A DNA stretch of 64,000 nt from an uncultured Flavobacteriales bacterium (GTDB lineage Bacteria > Bacteroidota > Bacteroidia > Palsa-965): NCBI GenBank assembly GCA_937974275.1, contig CALJIF010000032.1, forward strand, positions 1,289 to 65,288, written 5' to 3'. Below the pieces are notes generated by a model. The model was not told the DNA's origin. It did not search any database and saw only the letters and a list, made by a program, of their open reading frames with translations. The translations under genes were made by a program, and so were the position numbers. Shown one piece after another: positions 44,610-54,251 of this stretch; within the stretch, counting starts at the first letter, position 1; each line of letters opens with the position of its first letter.

Positions 44610-45125
44610 TTAATGGTGATGACCCCCCGGTCCGTGAACGTGACCGTGATCCAACTCTTCTTGTGTTGCAGGACGCACCTCAACAACTTCTCCAACAAAG
44701 TGTAATTCTTTGCCGGCCAATGGGTGATTGAAATCCATACCTACATGGTTAACACCGATTTCGGTAACGCGACCCCAAAGGCGATTGCCTTCGCTGTCCA
44801 CCATAGGAACGTTCTTGCCAACAGCAATCATTTCCGTATCTAATTTACCTGCTTCGTCCAAAAAATTCTCGATAGGCAACTTAACGATATGGTCTGCCAT
44901 ATACTCGCCATAACCGTTTGCTGCGCTGATGCGGAAATCGAAAGCGTCACCAACACGCTTTCCGTGCAGGTTACCTTCAAATTCCGGCAATAACATCCCG
45001 GCTCCAAAAAGGAATACCATAGGATCTTCGGGGCGTGTTTGTTCGATTGTGTCTTCCCCGCCATTTTCGCCGGGTACTGTGAGATGGTAACTCACTGCTA
45101 CCACGTGCTTGTCAGTAATGATCAT
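44610..45125 (-). CDS. slyD: FKBP-type peptidyl-prolyl cis-trans isomerase, SlyD-like, with His-rich tail
   Basis: An FKBP core with an insert-in-flap region (VAVSYHL...FLFGAGMLLPEFE...GMDFNHPLAGKEL) and the C-terminus HGHVHGPGGHHH. Confidence 0.88.
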   Translation of the reverse strand: MIITDKHVVAVSYHLTVPGENGGEDTIEQTRPEDPMVFLFGAGMLLPEFEGNLHGKRVGDAFDFRISAANGYGEYMADHIVKLPIENFLDEAGKLDTEMIAVGKNVPMVDSEGNRLWGRVTEIGVNHVGMDFNHPLAGKELHFVGEVVEVRPATQEELDHGHVHGPGGHHH

Positions 45126-45273
45126 TTATTAATTGTATTAGAATGAGTTACAAAGGTAACCTATTTGAAGCAGGAAAGCGCTATCAGCGTTAAACTTAGG
45201 TTAACTAAAACGAGCAAAGGCGCGGAAACATTGCTAATTTTATGCACGTTCAACAACCTCAAGTACTTTATAT

Positions 45274-46431
45274 ATGCCTGAATTTACAGGAACACTTGGA
45301 TCCAAATTGCCCCGCGTGGGAACAACGATATTTACCGTAATGTCAAAGCTTGCGGGCGAACATCAGGCCATCAATCTTTCTCAGGGATTTCCGGACTTTG
45401 AATGCCCGAAGCCTTTACGCGAACTCGTGAATGATGCGATGAAAAAAGGGCATAACCAATACGCGCCCATGCCCGGTATTCTACCCTTGCGGGAGCAAAT
45501 AGCCATAAAAACAGCCGAACTCTATCAAACCAACTACGATCCGGAAACGGAAGTAACAGTTACGGCAGGAGCTACACAAGCTATTTACACTGCGATTGGC
45601 GCAGTCGTGCGTGAAGGTGATGAAGTCATTATTCTGGAGCCGGCATACGATTGTTACGAGCCCGCTATCGAACTGAACGGAGGCAAAGCAATCTACGTTT
45701 CATTGAAAGCACCCGATTATACGATCGATTGGAATGCGGTGAAAAAAGTGATCAATCACCGAACACGAATGATCATCATCAACACACCGCATAATCCGAC
45801 CGGAGCCGTGATGAGCGCTGATGATTTGAAGCAGCTGGAAAAGTTGACTAAAAAAACCGACATCATCATTTTGTCGGATGAAGTATACGAACACATCATT
45901 TTCGATGGTCGCACACATGAAAGTGTGGCGCGATATCCCGGACTTGCCGAACGCTCTTTTATCGTTTCATCGTTCGGGAAAACGTATCACACCACCGGAT
46001 GGAAAATCGGGTATTGCCTTGCACCGAAACAGCTCATGGCAGAATTTCGCAAGGTGCATCAATACTTGGTATTTTCTGTTAATACGCCTGCTCAATACGC
46101 ATTGGCAGAATTCCTCAAGCAACGCGAGCACTATTTGGAATTGGGAAATTTTTATCAGGAGAAAAGAGACTATTTCATTCAACTGATCAAGGGTTCGCGA
46201 TTTGAATTCGTTCCTGCTCCGGGCACGTATTTTCAGTTGCTGAATTATAAAAACATCACAACAGAAAAAGACACCGATTATGCCGTGCGACTGATTAAAG
46301 AATCAGGTTTGGCTGCGATTCCGATTTCTGTTTTTTATCACAAACCCGTGCAGGATAACATGCTGCGTTTCTGTTTCGCCAAACGGAATGAAACCTTGGA
46401 AAAAGCAGCCGAGATTATCTGCAAATTATAA
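45274..46431 (+). CDS. class I/II PLP-dependent aminotransferase (methionine/glutamine transaminase, YbdL-like)
   Basis: INLSQGFPDF, NTPHNPTG and the PLP-lysine context SSFGKTYHTTGWKIGY. Confidence 0.88.
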   Translation: MPEFTGTLGSKLPRVGTTIFTVMSKLAGEHQAINLSQGFPDFECPKPLRELVNDAMKKGHNQYAPMPGILPLREQIAIKTAELYQTNYDPETEVTVTAGATQAIYTAIGAVVREGDEVIILEPAYDCYEPAIELNGGKAIYVSLKAPDYTIDWNAVKKVINHRTRMIIINTPHNPTGAVMSADDLKQLEKLTKKTDIIILSDEVYEHIIFDGRTHESVARYPGLAERSFIVSSFGKTYHTTGWKIGYCLAPKQLMAEFRKVHQYLVFSVNTPAQYALAEFLKQREHYLELGNFYQEKRDYFIQLIKGSRFEFVPAPGTYFQLLNYKNITTEKDTDYAVRLIKESGLAAIPISVFYHKPVQDNMLRFCFAKRNETLEKAAEIICKL

Positions 46432-46442
46432 CCGCGCTTATT

Positions 46443-47246
46443 ATGATTGCTGAAACCATTGGTATTGCCGCCGTTCAATCGTCACTCTATTGGGAAAACC
46501 GGGAGCGCAACTTAGAGCACTTTACACTCTTGCTGCGAAAAATTGATGAGCCTGTTGACGTGATTGTCTTACCTGAAATGTTTACAACGGGTTTCAGTAT
46601 GAATCCTGCTCCGCTGGCAGAAAAAACAGACGGCCCTACATTAGCCTGGATGCGGCAACAAGCCGTACTATATAATGCAGTTATAACCGGAAGCATTATT
46701 GCCGAAGAAAACGGCCAATTTATGAATCGCTTGTTTTGGGTTCGACCTGATGGCACTTACGAAACTTACGATAAGCGACACTTGTTTCGCATGGCGGGAG
46801 AAGATCAACACTATGCTTCGGGACAACAGCCGTTGATCGTGGATTTGAAAGGCTGGAAAATACGTCCGCTGATTTGTTATGATTTGCGATTCCCGGTATG
46901 GTCGCGCAATCGCTGGAATGCGGATGGAAGCGTGGCCGATTATGATGTATTGATTTATGTTGCCAACTGGCCGGAACGCCGATCGAATGTTTGGAAAACA
47001 TTGTTACAAGCCCGAGCCATGGAAAATCAGGCGTATGTGATTGGCGTAAATCGTATTGGTAATGACGCGCATCAGGTCTATCACACCGGCGACAGTGTGA
47101 TCTTGGATTTTAAAGGTGAGCCCATTACCTCGGCGCTGATTGCAACGGAAGAAATTTTAACATCGCGTTTATCGATGAAAGATCTCGTCGACTTCCGCGC
47201 ACATTTTCCTGTGGGTCGCGATGCGGATACGTTTACCGTATCATAA
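46443..47246 (+). CDS. carbon-nitrogen hydrolase family amidase (omega-amidase YafV-like)
   Basis: Nitrilase-superfamily catalytic triad contexts LPEMF (Glu), YDKRHLF (Lys) and ICYDLRFP (Cys). Confidence 0.85.
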   Translation: MIAETIGIAAVQSSLYWENRERNLEHFTLLLRKIDEPVDVIVLPEMFTTGFSMNPAPLAEKTDGPTLAWMRQQAVLYNAVITGSIIAEENGQFMNRLFWVRPDGTYETYDKRHLFRMAGEDQHYASGQQPLIVDLKGWKIRPLICYDLRFPVWSRNRWNADGSVADYDVLIYVANWPERRSNVWKTLLQARAMENQAYVIGVNRIGNDAHQVYHTGDSVILDFKGEPITSALIATEEILTSRLSMKDLVDFRAHFPVGRDADTFTVS

Positions 47247-47634
47247 CGCCCGGCGCGCCTAACAGAGGAACGGTCATCATGTTTCTTTCAATGATTGTTT
47301 CCGGCAGGAATACATAGCGCTTGTCGTATAGCTTATCGCCCATGTAAAAACTGATCCAGTATTCATTATTAATACCGAACGTATCTTCCATAATGGGCTC
47401 CACTTTCACGTAATCCAACGCAGAAATTTCTTCGAAGTAATGGCGCAGCTCCGAGGTCTTTCGCGGCTGACCATTTAACTCTCCATAACCGCGTGAATTG
47501 ATCAACACATTCTTCAAAGGCTCTTCATACAAGTTCAGTAAATACACGTTGTATTCTTTCACGCCTTTCTTTTCTTCCATTGCCACTGCAACTATGATAT
47601 CATCCACTTCCGGATGCTCAATATCTTTTCTCAT
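47233..47634 (-). CDS. hypothetical protein
   Basis: ORF of 133 aa on the same strand as, and 24 nt downstream of, the serine hydrolase gene. No recognised family. Confidence 0.55.
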   Translation of the reverse strand: MRKDIEHPEVDDIIVAVAMEEKKGVKEYNVYLLNLYEEPLKNVLINSRGYGELNGQPRKTSELRHYFEEISALDYVKVEPIMEDTFGINNEYWISFYMGDKLYDKRYVFLPETIIERNMMTVPLLGAPGVMIR

Positions 47635-47658
47635 AATGCGCTAATTTACGCATTCGTC

Positions 47659-48870
47659 TTATTTTGATTGAATGATCTGCCACGCAGCATCCAGATAGTG
47701 ATATACATCCTGCGGTGTGTCGTCGCTATCATTGGGTAAACGCTTTTGACCCAAACGCACCACGATCAGATCATCTTCCGGAACACACAAAACGTATTGC
47801 CCCAAAATTCCGCGTGCGTAAAAAACATATTTGCCCTTGTACTCCGGAATGAGCCACCAGGTTAAACCATAATTGGTATTCGGTGTCCCGTCGTCGTTCT
47901 TTAATCCTTGTGTCTTCACCGATTCCAGCGCATACCACTCCGGCACAATCTGCACACCATTCCATCTTCCGCTGTCCAGATACAACTTCCCGATGCGTGC
48001 AAAGTCGCGCGCGTTGGAATTCACACAACAAAATGCTTTTTCTTCACCCCCTTCATCATCCAGACTCCATAAAGCATCACGCTCACAACCCAAAGGCTTC
48101 CATAACTTTTCGGAAGCATATTCCGCAACCGATTTTTTTGTGGCGGCTTTCAAAACAAATCCGAGGAGTTGCGTATTCCCGCTCAGGTATTCAAAATATT
48201 TGCCGGGTGATAGTGTTGTGTCAGTGTAAGCAAAAGTCTGCTTTCGAAGATTTGTACCGTAATACGCTTCTGCAGGATATGCCAATGGATTTACATAGTC
48301 TTCATCGAATGCAATTCCGGAACTCATACTCAGTAGATGACGAATAGTGATGTTCTTGAATTGAGGTGTATTCATTTCAGGAACATACGTTACAGCAGGT
48401 TCATCGATGGATGCAATACTACCATCCTGCAAAGCACAGCCGATTAAAACACTCACGATAGTTTTCGCCATTGAAAACGAATTCGTTGCAGACGTATCGC
48501 TGAAATCCAATGCATACTTTTCAAACACCAGCGAGTCGTGGTGAATAACAACGAAAGAGCCGGTTTCCAGGGATTCTATTTTCTGCCACAGCGCCTGATC
48601 AAGAACTGCAGTATTGTATCGCTTTGTTTTTGGCCATACTTGAGGTGTTCCCGAAGCAATGCTGCGATTGTAAAAAATATGATATTCCATTGCTGACGGA
48701 CCCGAACGACCTTTCAAATACGTATTCGCTAATCCTTTGTACAAGTATGTTCTACCGGAGAAAATGATAAATGCATTCGCCGCAATCAGAACGATTGCTA
48801 AAGACCAAAAAAACACTTTGAAGAATTGGCGAATGAATTTCACAGTAGTTGTACGACTACTGCCGCACAA
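47659..48870 (-). CDS. serine hydrolase, beta-lactamase/transpeptidase-like family
   Basis: N-terminal TM anchor and the SxxK motif in FSMAKTIVS. Class C-like length. Confidence 0.83.
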   Translation of the reverse strand: MCGSSRTTTVKFIRQFFKVFFWSLAIVLIAANAFIIFSGRTYLYKGLANTYLKGRSGPSAMEYHIFYNRSIASGTPQVWPKTKRYNTAVLDQALWQKIESLETGSFVVIHHDSLVFEKYALDFSDTSATNSFSMAKTIVSVLIGCALQDGSIASIDEPAVTYVPEMNTPQFKNITIRHLLSMSSGIAFDEDYVNPLAYPAEAYYGTNLRKQTFAYTDTTLSPGKYFEYLSGNTQLLGFVLKAATKKSVAEYASEKLWKPLGCERDALWSLDDEGGEEKAFCCVNSNARDFARIGKLYLDSGRWNGVQIVPEWYALESVKTQGLKNDDGTPNTNYGLTWWLIPEYKGKYVFYARGILGQYVLCVPEDDLIVVRLGQKRLPNDSDDTPQDVYHYLDAAWQIIQSK

Positions 48871-48877
48871 AAGTTCG

Positions 48878-49591
48878 TTACGACTTTGAAATAAGTGTAC
48901 AGTCGAACTCCGTCTGAAAATGGCGCATCAATTTTTCCTGCACCTCATTCATGTCTACCACTCTTCCAAGCTCGTGCTGCAAGGAAGTCACGGCTTTATC
49001 GTCAATGCCGCACGGAACAATATGTTTGAAGTAATTGAGATCCGTATTGATATTGAACGCCCAGCCGTGCATGGTTACCCAACGACTGCTTCGTACGCCC
49101 ATCGCACAAACTTTTCGTGCTTTAATCGGGTCATTCGCATCAATCCAAACTCCGGTATAACCCGGATATCGCTCTCCGGCCACATTGTATTCCGCCAACG
49201 TTTTAATAATGACTTCTTCCAATGTGCGCAAGTAACGGTGAATGTCCGTGAAGAAACAATCCAAATCGAGAATAGGATAACCCACTAATTGTCCCGGGCC
49301 ATGATAGGTAATATCTCCACCACGATTGATTTTGTAATACTTCGCGTGTATATCACGAAGGCCCGATTCATCCACCAGCAAATGACTTTCCTTGCCACTT
49401 TTTCCCAAGGTGTACACGTGAGGATGTTCGCACAAAATCAGATGATGCTGCGTTGCGATCTGCTCCTGTTCCGGTAGATCGCGGTTACGAATTTTAAGAT
49501 CGATGATTTCTTTGAACCACAACTCCTGTTGATCCCAGCATTCCTGATAATCAACAAGACCGAGACGATGCAGTGCTACCGTTCTGTTCAT
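48878..49591 (-). CDS. lipB: lipoyl(octanoyl) transferase
   Basis: HPHVYTLG, RGGDITYHGPGQLVGYPI and the active-site context KVCAMGV. Confidence 0.92.
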   Translation of the reverse strand: MNRTVALHRLGLVDYQECWDQQELWFKEIIDLKIRNRDLPEQEQIATQHHLILCEHPHVYTLGKSGKESHLLVDESGLRDIHAKYYKINRGGDITYHGPGQLVGYPILDLDCFFTDIHRYLRTLEEVIIKTLAEYNVAGERYPGYTGVWIDANDPIKARKVCAMGVRSSRWVTMHGWAFNINTDLNYFKHIVPCGIDDKAVTSLQHELGRVVDMNEVQEKLMRHFQTEFDCTLISKS

Positions 49592-50580
49592 TATTGGTGT
49601 TTCGCCAATTCCCCTTTGAGGAAATTAATCACGTTCACCTCAACAGCATCAACGCCTCGAAGAGCAGCCAGTTCCACAGAAACCCAATCACCGAAGTGAA
49701 TCAGATACATTGTTTTTTCGATGGTTGAATTTCCTTTTGCATACACTTCCATGAAATGCGGTGTGTATTTACGAATGATTTCGGCATTAATTTCAATACG
49801 CAAATTATTGCGATCGTATTCCTGAGGGTCACGGAACAACACGACAGCGTACTCTTCACTTCCTCCGGCCCATCCCACTAATTCGTTGTGATTCATTTCA
49901 GGAATAACATGATGCCAGCACAACACTTTCGCATTCTCATTCAACTGCTGACGGAAACGAACAGACACGCCTTCATAATCCGAAGTGCTGTAAATTACCG
50001 GGATTCTACCGTGCAACATTTTTGCTGTAGTTGCCGCTAATTCTTTAATTGAAGTCGACTCCTGATTTAACAATGTTATCGATTGTTCAATGGATCCTAC
50101 TGCATCGGCAGGCAACAAACCAAAATGACGGAACACGTACACCAACTGCGTCAGCGAATAACCTAAGCACGAGCGCGGAGGCATTCCTCCCGGAACAATA
50201 AAGTGTTCTAATTTTTTTGCGGCAGCAATTTCTGCAACCTTTCCACCCGATGTGATTGCAATAACACGCGCACCAACAGCCATCGCTTGTTCCATGCACG
50301 CTAATGTTTCTTCGGTATTACCCGAATACGAGCTCACAATAACTAAGGTGTCGGAGTTAACAGATGCGGGAATGAAATAACCTTTGGTAATCTGCACGGG
50401 AACTTTGCTGCTTGCAAATGCCAACTCAGCAATAATACTACCGCCAATTCCCGAGCCGCCCAATCCGGAGATCACCACATTAGCAATTGATCCGGCAGGA
50501 TTCAACTGAACCTTGCTTCCAATTTCAAGAGCTTCCTTTAGTTGTGTGGTGAAATTTGCCACCAAATCGCGCATCTCCAT
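49591..50580 (-). CDS. bifunctional phosphoglucose/phosphomannose isomerase (SIS domain)
   Basis: SIS motifs ISGLGGSGIGG and VSSYSGNTEET. 329 aa, typical of the archaeal/bacterial PGI/PMI family. Confidence 0.83.
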   Translation of the reverse strand: MEMRDLVANFTTQLKEALEIGSKVQLNPAGSIANVVISGLGGSGIGGSIIAELAFASSKVPVQITKGYFIPASVNSDTLVIVSSYSGNTEETLACMEQAMAVGARVIAITSGGKVAEIAAAKKLEHFIVPGGMPPRSCLGYSLTQLVYVFRHFGLLPADAVGSIEQSITLLNQESTSIKELAATTAKMLHGRIPVIYSTSDYEGVSVRFRQQLNENAKVLCWHHVIPEMNHNELVGWAGGSEEYAVVLFRDPQEYDRNNLRIEINAEIIRKYTPHFMEVYAKGNSTIEKTMYLIHFGDWVSVELAALRGVDAVEVNVINFLKGELAKHQ

Positions 50581-50776
50581 GTTTTCCTATTTAGGGACGC
50601 CAAAGGTAAGGAAAAGTGTGTTTCATACACGATGGCCTGTATTTCAACAATTTACAGAATTCCGATTCGGCCTCGCGAGAATTAAAATGTTAAAATTGTT
50701 TAATCTTTTATCTTTTTCGTTAAACATTCTTTCGTGCGGTGTGTTGAATGCATGTATTTACATAAAACCCACTATT

Positions 50777-52495
50777 ATGAATAAACTAGCTACAATAGTC
50801 AGCGCCTTGTCACTAGCAGGCGCCCTTCACGCGCAAACGGCACGTTTACAAGTCATTCACAACTGCGCAGACGCTGCAGCAGCAACAGTAGATGTTTGGT
50901 TGAACAATACCTTGTTATTGGACGACTTCGCATTCCGCACCGCTTCTCCATTTGTTAATGCTCCGGCAGGAACTCCGTTCGACCTTACCATCTGCGGACC
51001 TAACAGCACCGACACAACTCAAGAAGTAATTCGTTTCAGCGGTGTAACACTTACGGCGAACGAAACTTATGTTATTACTGGAAATGGTATTGTATCACCA
51101 ACAGGTTATTCTCCTGCACAACCATTTGATCTGGACATTTTCGCATTAGGCCGTGAAACCGGGTCCAATCCTTCCAGCACCGATGTATTGGTATTGCACG
51201 GTTCAACCGATGCTCCAACTGTTGACGTAACTGCTGTAGGCGTTGGAACATTAATCAACGACATTTCTTACGGGGCATACACAGCGAACTATTTGAGCTT
51301 ACCGACTGCTGATTACAACGTACAGATTCGTAACAGCGCAGGTACAGATGTAGTTGCCGAATACTCAGCTCCATTACAAACATTGAACTTAGGCGGTGCT
51401 GCATTAACAGTAGTTGCTTCAGGTTTCTTGAATCCTGCAAACAACAGCAATGGTCCTGCGTTTGGGTTGTGGGTAGCATTACCTGCAGGCGGAAACTTGG
51501 TACAGTTGCCATCAGTGCCGGTATCTACAACACGTGCACAAATCATCCACAACTGCGCTGATGCAGCTGCTGCAACAGTTGACGTATGGTTGAACAATAC
51601 ATTACTGATCGACAACTTCGCATTCCGCACAGCAACTCCATTCGTTGATGCTCCTGCAGGAACTCCGTTTGATATCACCATCTGCGGACCTAACAGCACC
51701 GACACAACACAGGAAGTAATTCGTTTCAGCGGCATCACGCTGATGAACAACACGAAGTACATCATCACAGCAAACGGGATTGTATCACCAACAGGTTATT
51801 CTCCTGCACAACCTTTCACATTAGATGTATTTGCGTTGGCACAAGAAACAGGTGCAACACCAACAAACACAGACATTGTTGTATTGCACGGTTCAACCGA
51901 TGCTCCAATTGTTGACGTAGAAGAAGCGTTTACAGGCGCAACTTTAGTAGATGATATTGCTTACGGTCAATATACCGGCGCATACCTTTCTTTACCAACA
52001 GCAGATTACGCGATCAGCATTACAGATGCAACAGGTAACACCGTAGTTGCTTCATACGCTGCTCCATTGCAAACATTAGGATTACAAGGCGCATCATTGG
52101 CAGTGGTTGCTTCAGGTTTCTTGAATCCAGCGAATAACAGCAACGGTCCTGCATTCGGTTTATGGGTAGCATTACCTGCAGGTGGTAACATGATTCCATT
52201 GCCGGTAGTAACCTCAGTAGTAGAAAATACATCTAATGCCGCTATCACTTTATTCCCAAATCCTGCAACAACAGAAATGAACGTGAACATTGATGCAGTG
52301 ACTCCGATTGCAAACGTAGTAGTACGTGTAATGGACATGACCGGACGTATTGTGATGAACGATGATTTGGGTGCGATCGGAACAGGAAACTTCCGCCATA
52401 CCATGAACACTACTTCATTGCAACAAGGCGGATACATCATCGAAATCGTAACAGACGGTGCGGTGCAGCGTCAGCAGATTCAGATTGTACGCTAA
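50777..52495 (+). CDS. secreted DUF4397-like protein with an internal duplication and a type A T9SS C-terminal sorting domain
   Basis: ATG 50777 gives the signal peptide MNKLATIVSALSLAGALHAQ. Two 230-aa copies follow, and the C-terminus reads ITLFPNPATTEMNVNI...GGYIIEIVTDG...IVR. Confidence 0.85.
   Translation: MNKLATIVSALSLAGALHAQTARLQVIHNCADAAAATVDVWLNNTLLLDDFAFRTASPFVNAPAGTPFDLTICGPNSTDTTQEVIRFSGVTLTANETYVITGNGIVSPTGYSPAQPFDLDIFALGRETGSNPSSTDVLVLHGSTDAPTVDVTAVGVGTLINDISYGAYTANYLSLPTADYNVQIRNSAGTDVVAEYSAPLQTLNLGGAALTVVASGFLNPANNSNGPAFGLWVALPAGGNLVQLPSVPVSTTRAQIIHNCADAAAATVDVWLNNTLLIDNFAFRTATPFVDAPAGTPFDITICGPNSTDTTQEVIRFSGITLMNNTKYIITANGIVSPTGYSPAQPFTLDVFALAQETGATPTNTDIVVLHGSTDAPIVDVEEAFTGATLVDDIAYGQYTGAYLSLPTADYAISITDATGNTVVASYAAPLQTLGLQGASLAVVASGFLNPANNSNGPAFGLWVALPAGGNMIPLPVVTSVVENTSNAAITLFPNPATTEMNVNIDAVTPIANVVVRVMDMTGRIVMNDDLGAIGTGNFRHTMNTTSLQQGGYIIEIVTDGAVQRQQIQIVR
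50849..52228 (+). repeat. in-frame tandem duplication, 2 x 690 bp
   Basis: Copy 1 spans 50849-51538 and copy 2 spans 51539-52228. Exact shared runs of about 28-36 nt include CATCTGCGGACCTAACAGCACCGACACAAC and ATTGTATCACCAACAGGTTATTCTCCTGCACAACC. Confidence 0.8.
52244..52492 (+). other. type A T9SS C-terminal sorting domain (Por_Secre_tail-like)
   Basis: Peptide ITLFPNPATTEMNVNIDA...VRVMDMTGRIVMND...LQQGGYIIEIVTDGAVQRQQIQIVR. Confidence 0.75.
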
Positions 52496-52574
52496 TAAAT
52501 TTGGTTTGGTCTGTACCACGCAGAGTGGGATGCGACGCGGGGGATTAGTCGCGTGAGAAAGCGGTACAGGCAAC

Positions 52575-52607
52575 AAAAAAGGGACTCGATAACGGGTCCC
52601 TTTCTTT
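52575..52607. terminator. bidirectional intrinsic terminator between convergent genes
   Basis: A-run, then the stem AGGGAC-tcgataacgg-GTCCCT, then TTCTTTTT. Confidence 0.65.
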
Positions 52608-53273
52608 TTACTCCACCGATCCTTCCCTTGCCTTCGCTGCATCTACCTTCTTCTGCTGATCGTCGATTTCCTGTTGCTTCTTCTTCTGGTCTTCTTCGTT
52701 CTTTTTTAAATCCTCTTCCGCCTTTGCCAGTTTCGCTTTGTAATCTTCAATGTCTTTTTTCAAATTATCGTTCTTCTTTTCCAAATCGGACTTATCATCT
52801 TTCAACTCTTTCAACTTTTTGTTCTCCGCCTTGGTGATACCGGCCATTCCGTCCTTTGTCGTTTTGTTGGCAAAGTCCTTCACTATTTTTTCCGCAGCAT
52901 TGTAAGCGGCTTTATTTCCGGAACTGCTTAACCACGTTTCTCCCATCAAAAATCCAACTATCAATTTGCACTCTTTGTCGTTAACCTTCTCGACACGTGC
53001 ATATACGTCCACCGTATTTTCACTCATCGCCTTGATCATGGCATTGTCCGCGAAAATCTCATCCTTACCACTCACCTTCGCATCGTAATCTTTCATCAAC
53101 GATTTCCATTCCTTCTCAATATCATCCTTGTTCGAATCGTAAATAACTACAACCAGTGCGTTATGCTTACCGCCTCCAATATTTTCGTTTTGTTCTTCTA
53201 CTTTGATCTTAATTTTTTGCGCGAAGGCAAATGATGCAGTTAACAGCATCAGCAATGTAAAATACTTTTTCAT
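52608..53273 (-). CDS. secreted protein with a Lys/Glu/Asp-rich coiled-coil tail
   Basis: Signal peptide MKKYFTLLMLLTASFAFAQ and a C-terminal ~90 aa charged helix. Confidence 0.72.
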   Translation of the reverse strand: MKKYFTLLMLLTASFAFAQKIKIKVEEQNENIGGGKHNALVVVIYDSNKDDIEKEWKSLMKDYDAKVSGKDEIFADNAMIKAMSENTVDVYARVEKVNDKECKLIVGFLMGETWLSSSGNKAAYNAAEKIVKDFANKTTKDGMAGITKAENKKLKELKDDKSDLEKKNDNLKKDIEDYKAKLAKAEEDLKKNEEDQKKKQQEIDDQQKKVDAAKAREGSVE

Positions 53274-53875
53274 GGTTTATTGGTTTTAGGTTCGTCTTCG
53301 TCAATATCGGTAATACCTCCGGATACAATATACTTCATGGTATCCGCAGCATCTACGTCTAAAATTTCAATTTGTTTCATGGGCACCACCAACAATCGTC
53401 CGGAAATAGCATACGAATGAGGCACGTACACCGCAACATACTCCTTGTTGATCCCGAATTCATGCAAGTCATCATCGGTAATAAACCCAAACTCACGGAT
53501 GTTGCTCGCTGCATTTGTCGTTATCAAAACAGGTCGCGAGAATTTTCTCTTATTGCCGATAAATGCAGACGTCACGTCCTTTACCGGCGAGTAAATGTGT
53601 TTCACAATTGGAATGCGTTCCAGGATTTTCTCAAACTGTGACATGAACAACTGCGCCAACACGTTACTTGCAAAAGCGCCAATCACAGTAATCAGCAACA
53701 CTCCGATAAGAACAATGAGCAAAGGATCGGCATAAGGATGCACTATCGTATCCAGAGAAGTAAACAAGGACAACAGCCACAACACCACCCGATACAAAAT
53801 CAGTAGCGTGATTGCTCCCGGAATAACAACGATAATACCCTGAATAAAATACACCAACAACTTCTTCATACCCAC
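53270..53875 (-). CDS. DUF502 family membrane protein
   Basis: Two N-terminal TM helices followed by IPIVKHIYSPVKDV, typical of DUF502. The stop overlaps the downstream start by 4 nt. Confidence 0.78.
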   Translation of the reverse strand: MGMKKLLVYFIQGIIVVIPGAITLLILYRVVLWLLSLFTSLDTIVHPYADPLLIVLIGVLLITVIGAFASNVLAQLFMSQFEKILERIPIVKHIYSPVKDVTSAFIGNKRKFSRPVLITTNAASNIREFGFITDDDLHEFGINKEYVAVYVPHSYAISGRLLVVPMKQIEILDVDAADTMKYIVSGGITDIDEDEPKTNKP

Positions 53876-53898
53876 AAAGGTACGTCAGAATATAATTG

Positions 53899-54249
53899 TC
53901 AGGTTAGCAATCGCTGTTGACTCTTTGTAAGCGACGCGAATACCAGGTCGTACGAATGTCGGATCCACGTGTGCAACAATGAACGTTCCACCTGTTCGGC
54001 TTCATGAATGGTATTCCAATGCTTTTTGTTCATGTGATAACCCGGCGCAACAAAATCGTAACGTTCACGCAAACTAATGGCAAGTTCAGGATCGCATTTT
54101 ACATTAAATTGTAAAGGTTGAGATGAAATACTCACAAGAAGAAATATTTTTCCGCCAATGCGAAACACCAGCGTGTCTTCATCGAAAGGAAAGTCTTCGG
54201 TAACATGCGGAAGACTCAAACAATACTCGCGCAGTTCTTCGATATTCAT
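53899..54249 (-). CDS. MmcQ/YjbR family DNA-binding protein
   Basis: LREYCLSLPHVTEDFPFDEDTLVFRIGGKIF..., 116 aa. Confidence 0.78.
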   Translation of the reverse strand: MNIEELREYCLSLPHVTEDFPFDEDTLVFRIGGKIFLLVSISSQPLQFNVKCDPELAISLRERYDFVAPGYHMNKKHWNTIHEAEQVERSLLHTWIRHSYDLVFASLTKSQQRLLT

Positions 54250-54251
54250 GA

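Noticed and set aside
50513-50776. 88-codon N-terminal extension of the DUF4397-like ORF that overlaps the divergent PGI/PMI gene start
   Set aside because: ATG 50777 gives a standard 20-aa signal peptide ending in HAQ. The extension has no protein-like features and overlaps the neighbouring gene.
52553-52837. 94-aa plus-strand ORF rich in Pro/Leu/Ser
   Set aside because: It is the antisense image of the Lys/Glu/Asp-rich coiled-coil tail of the 221-aa secreted protein, and it starts inside the bidirectional terminator.
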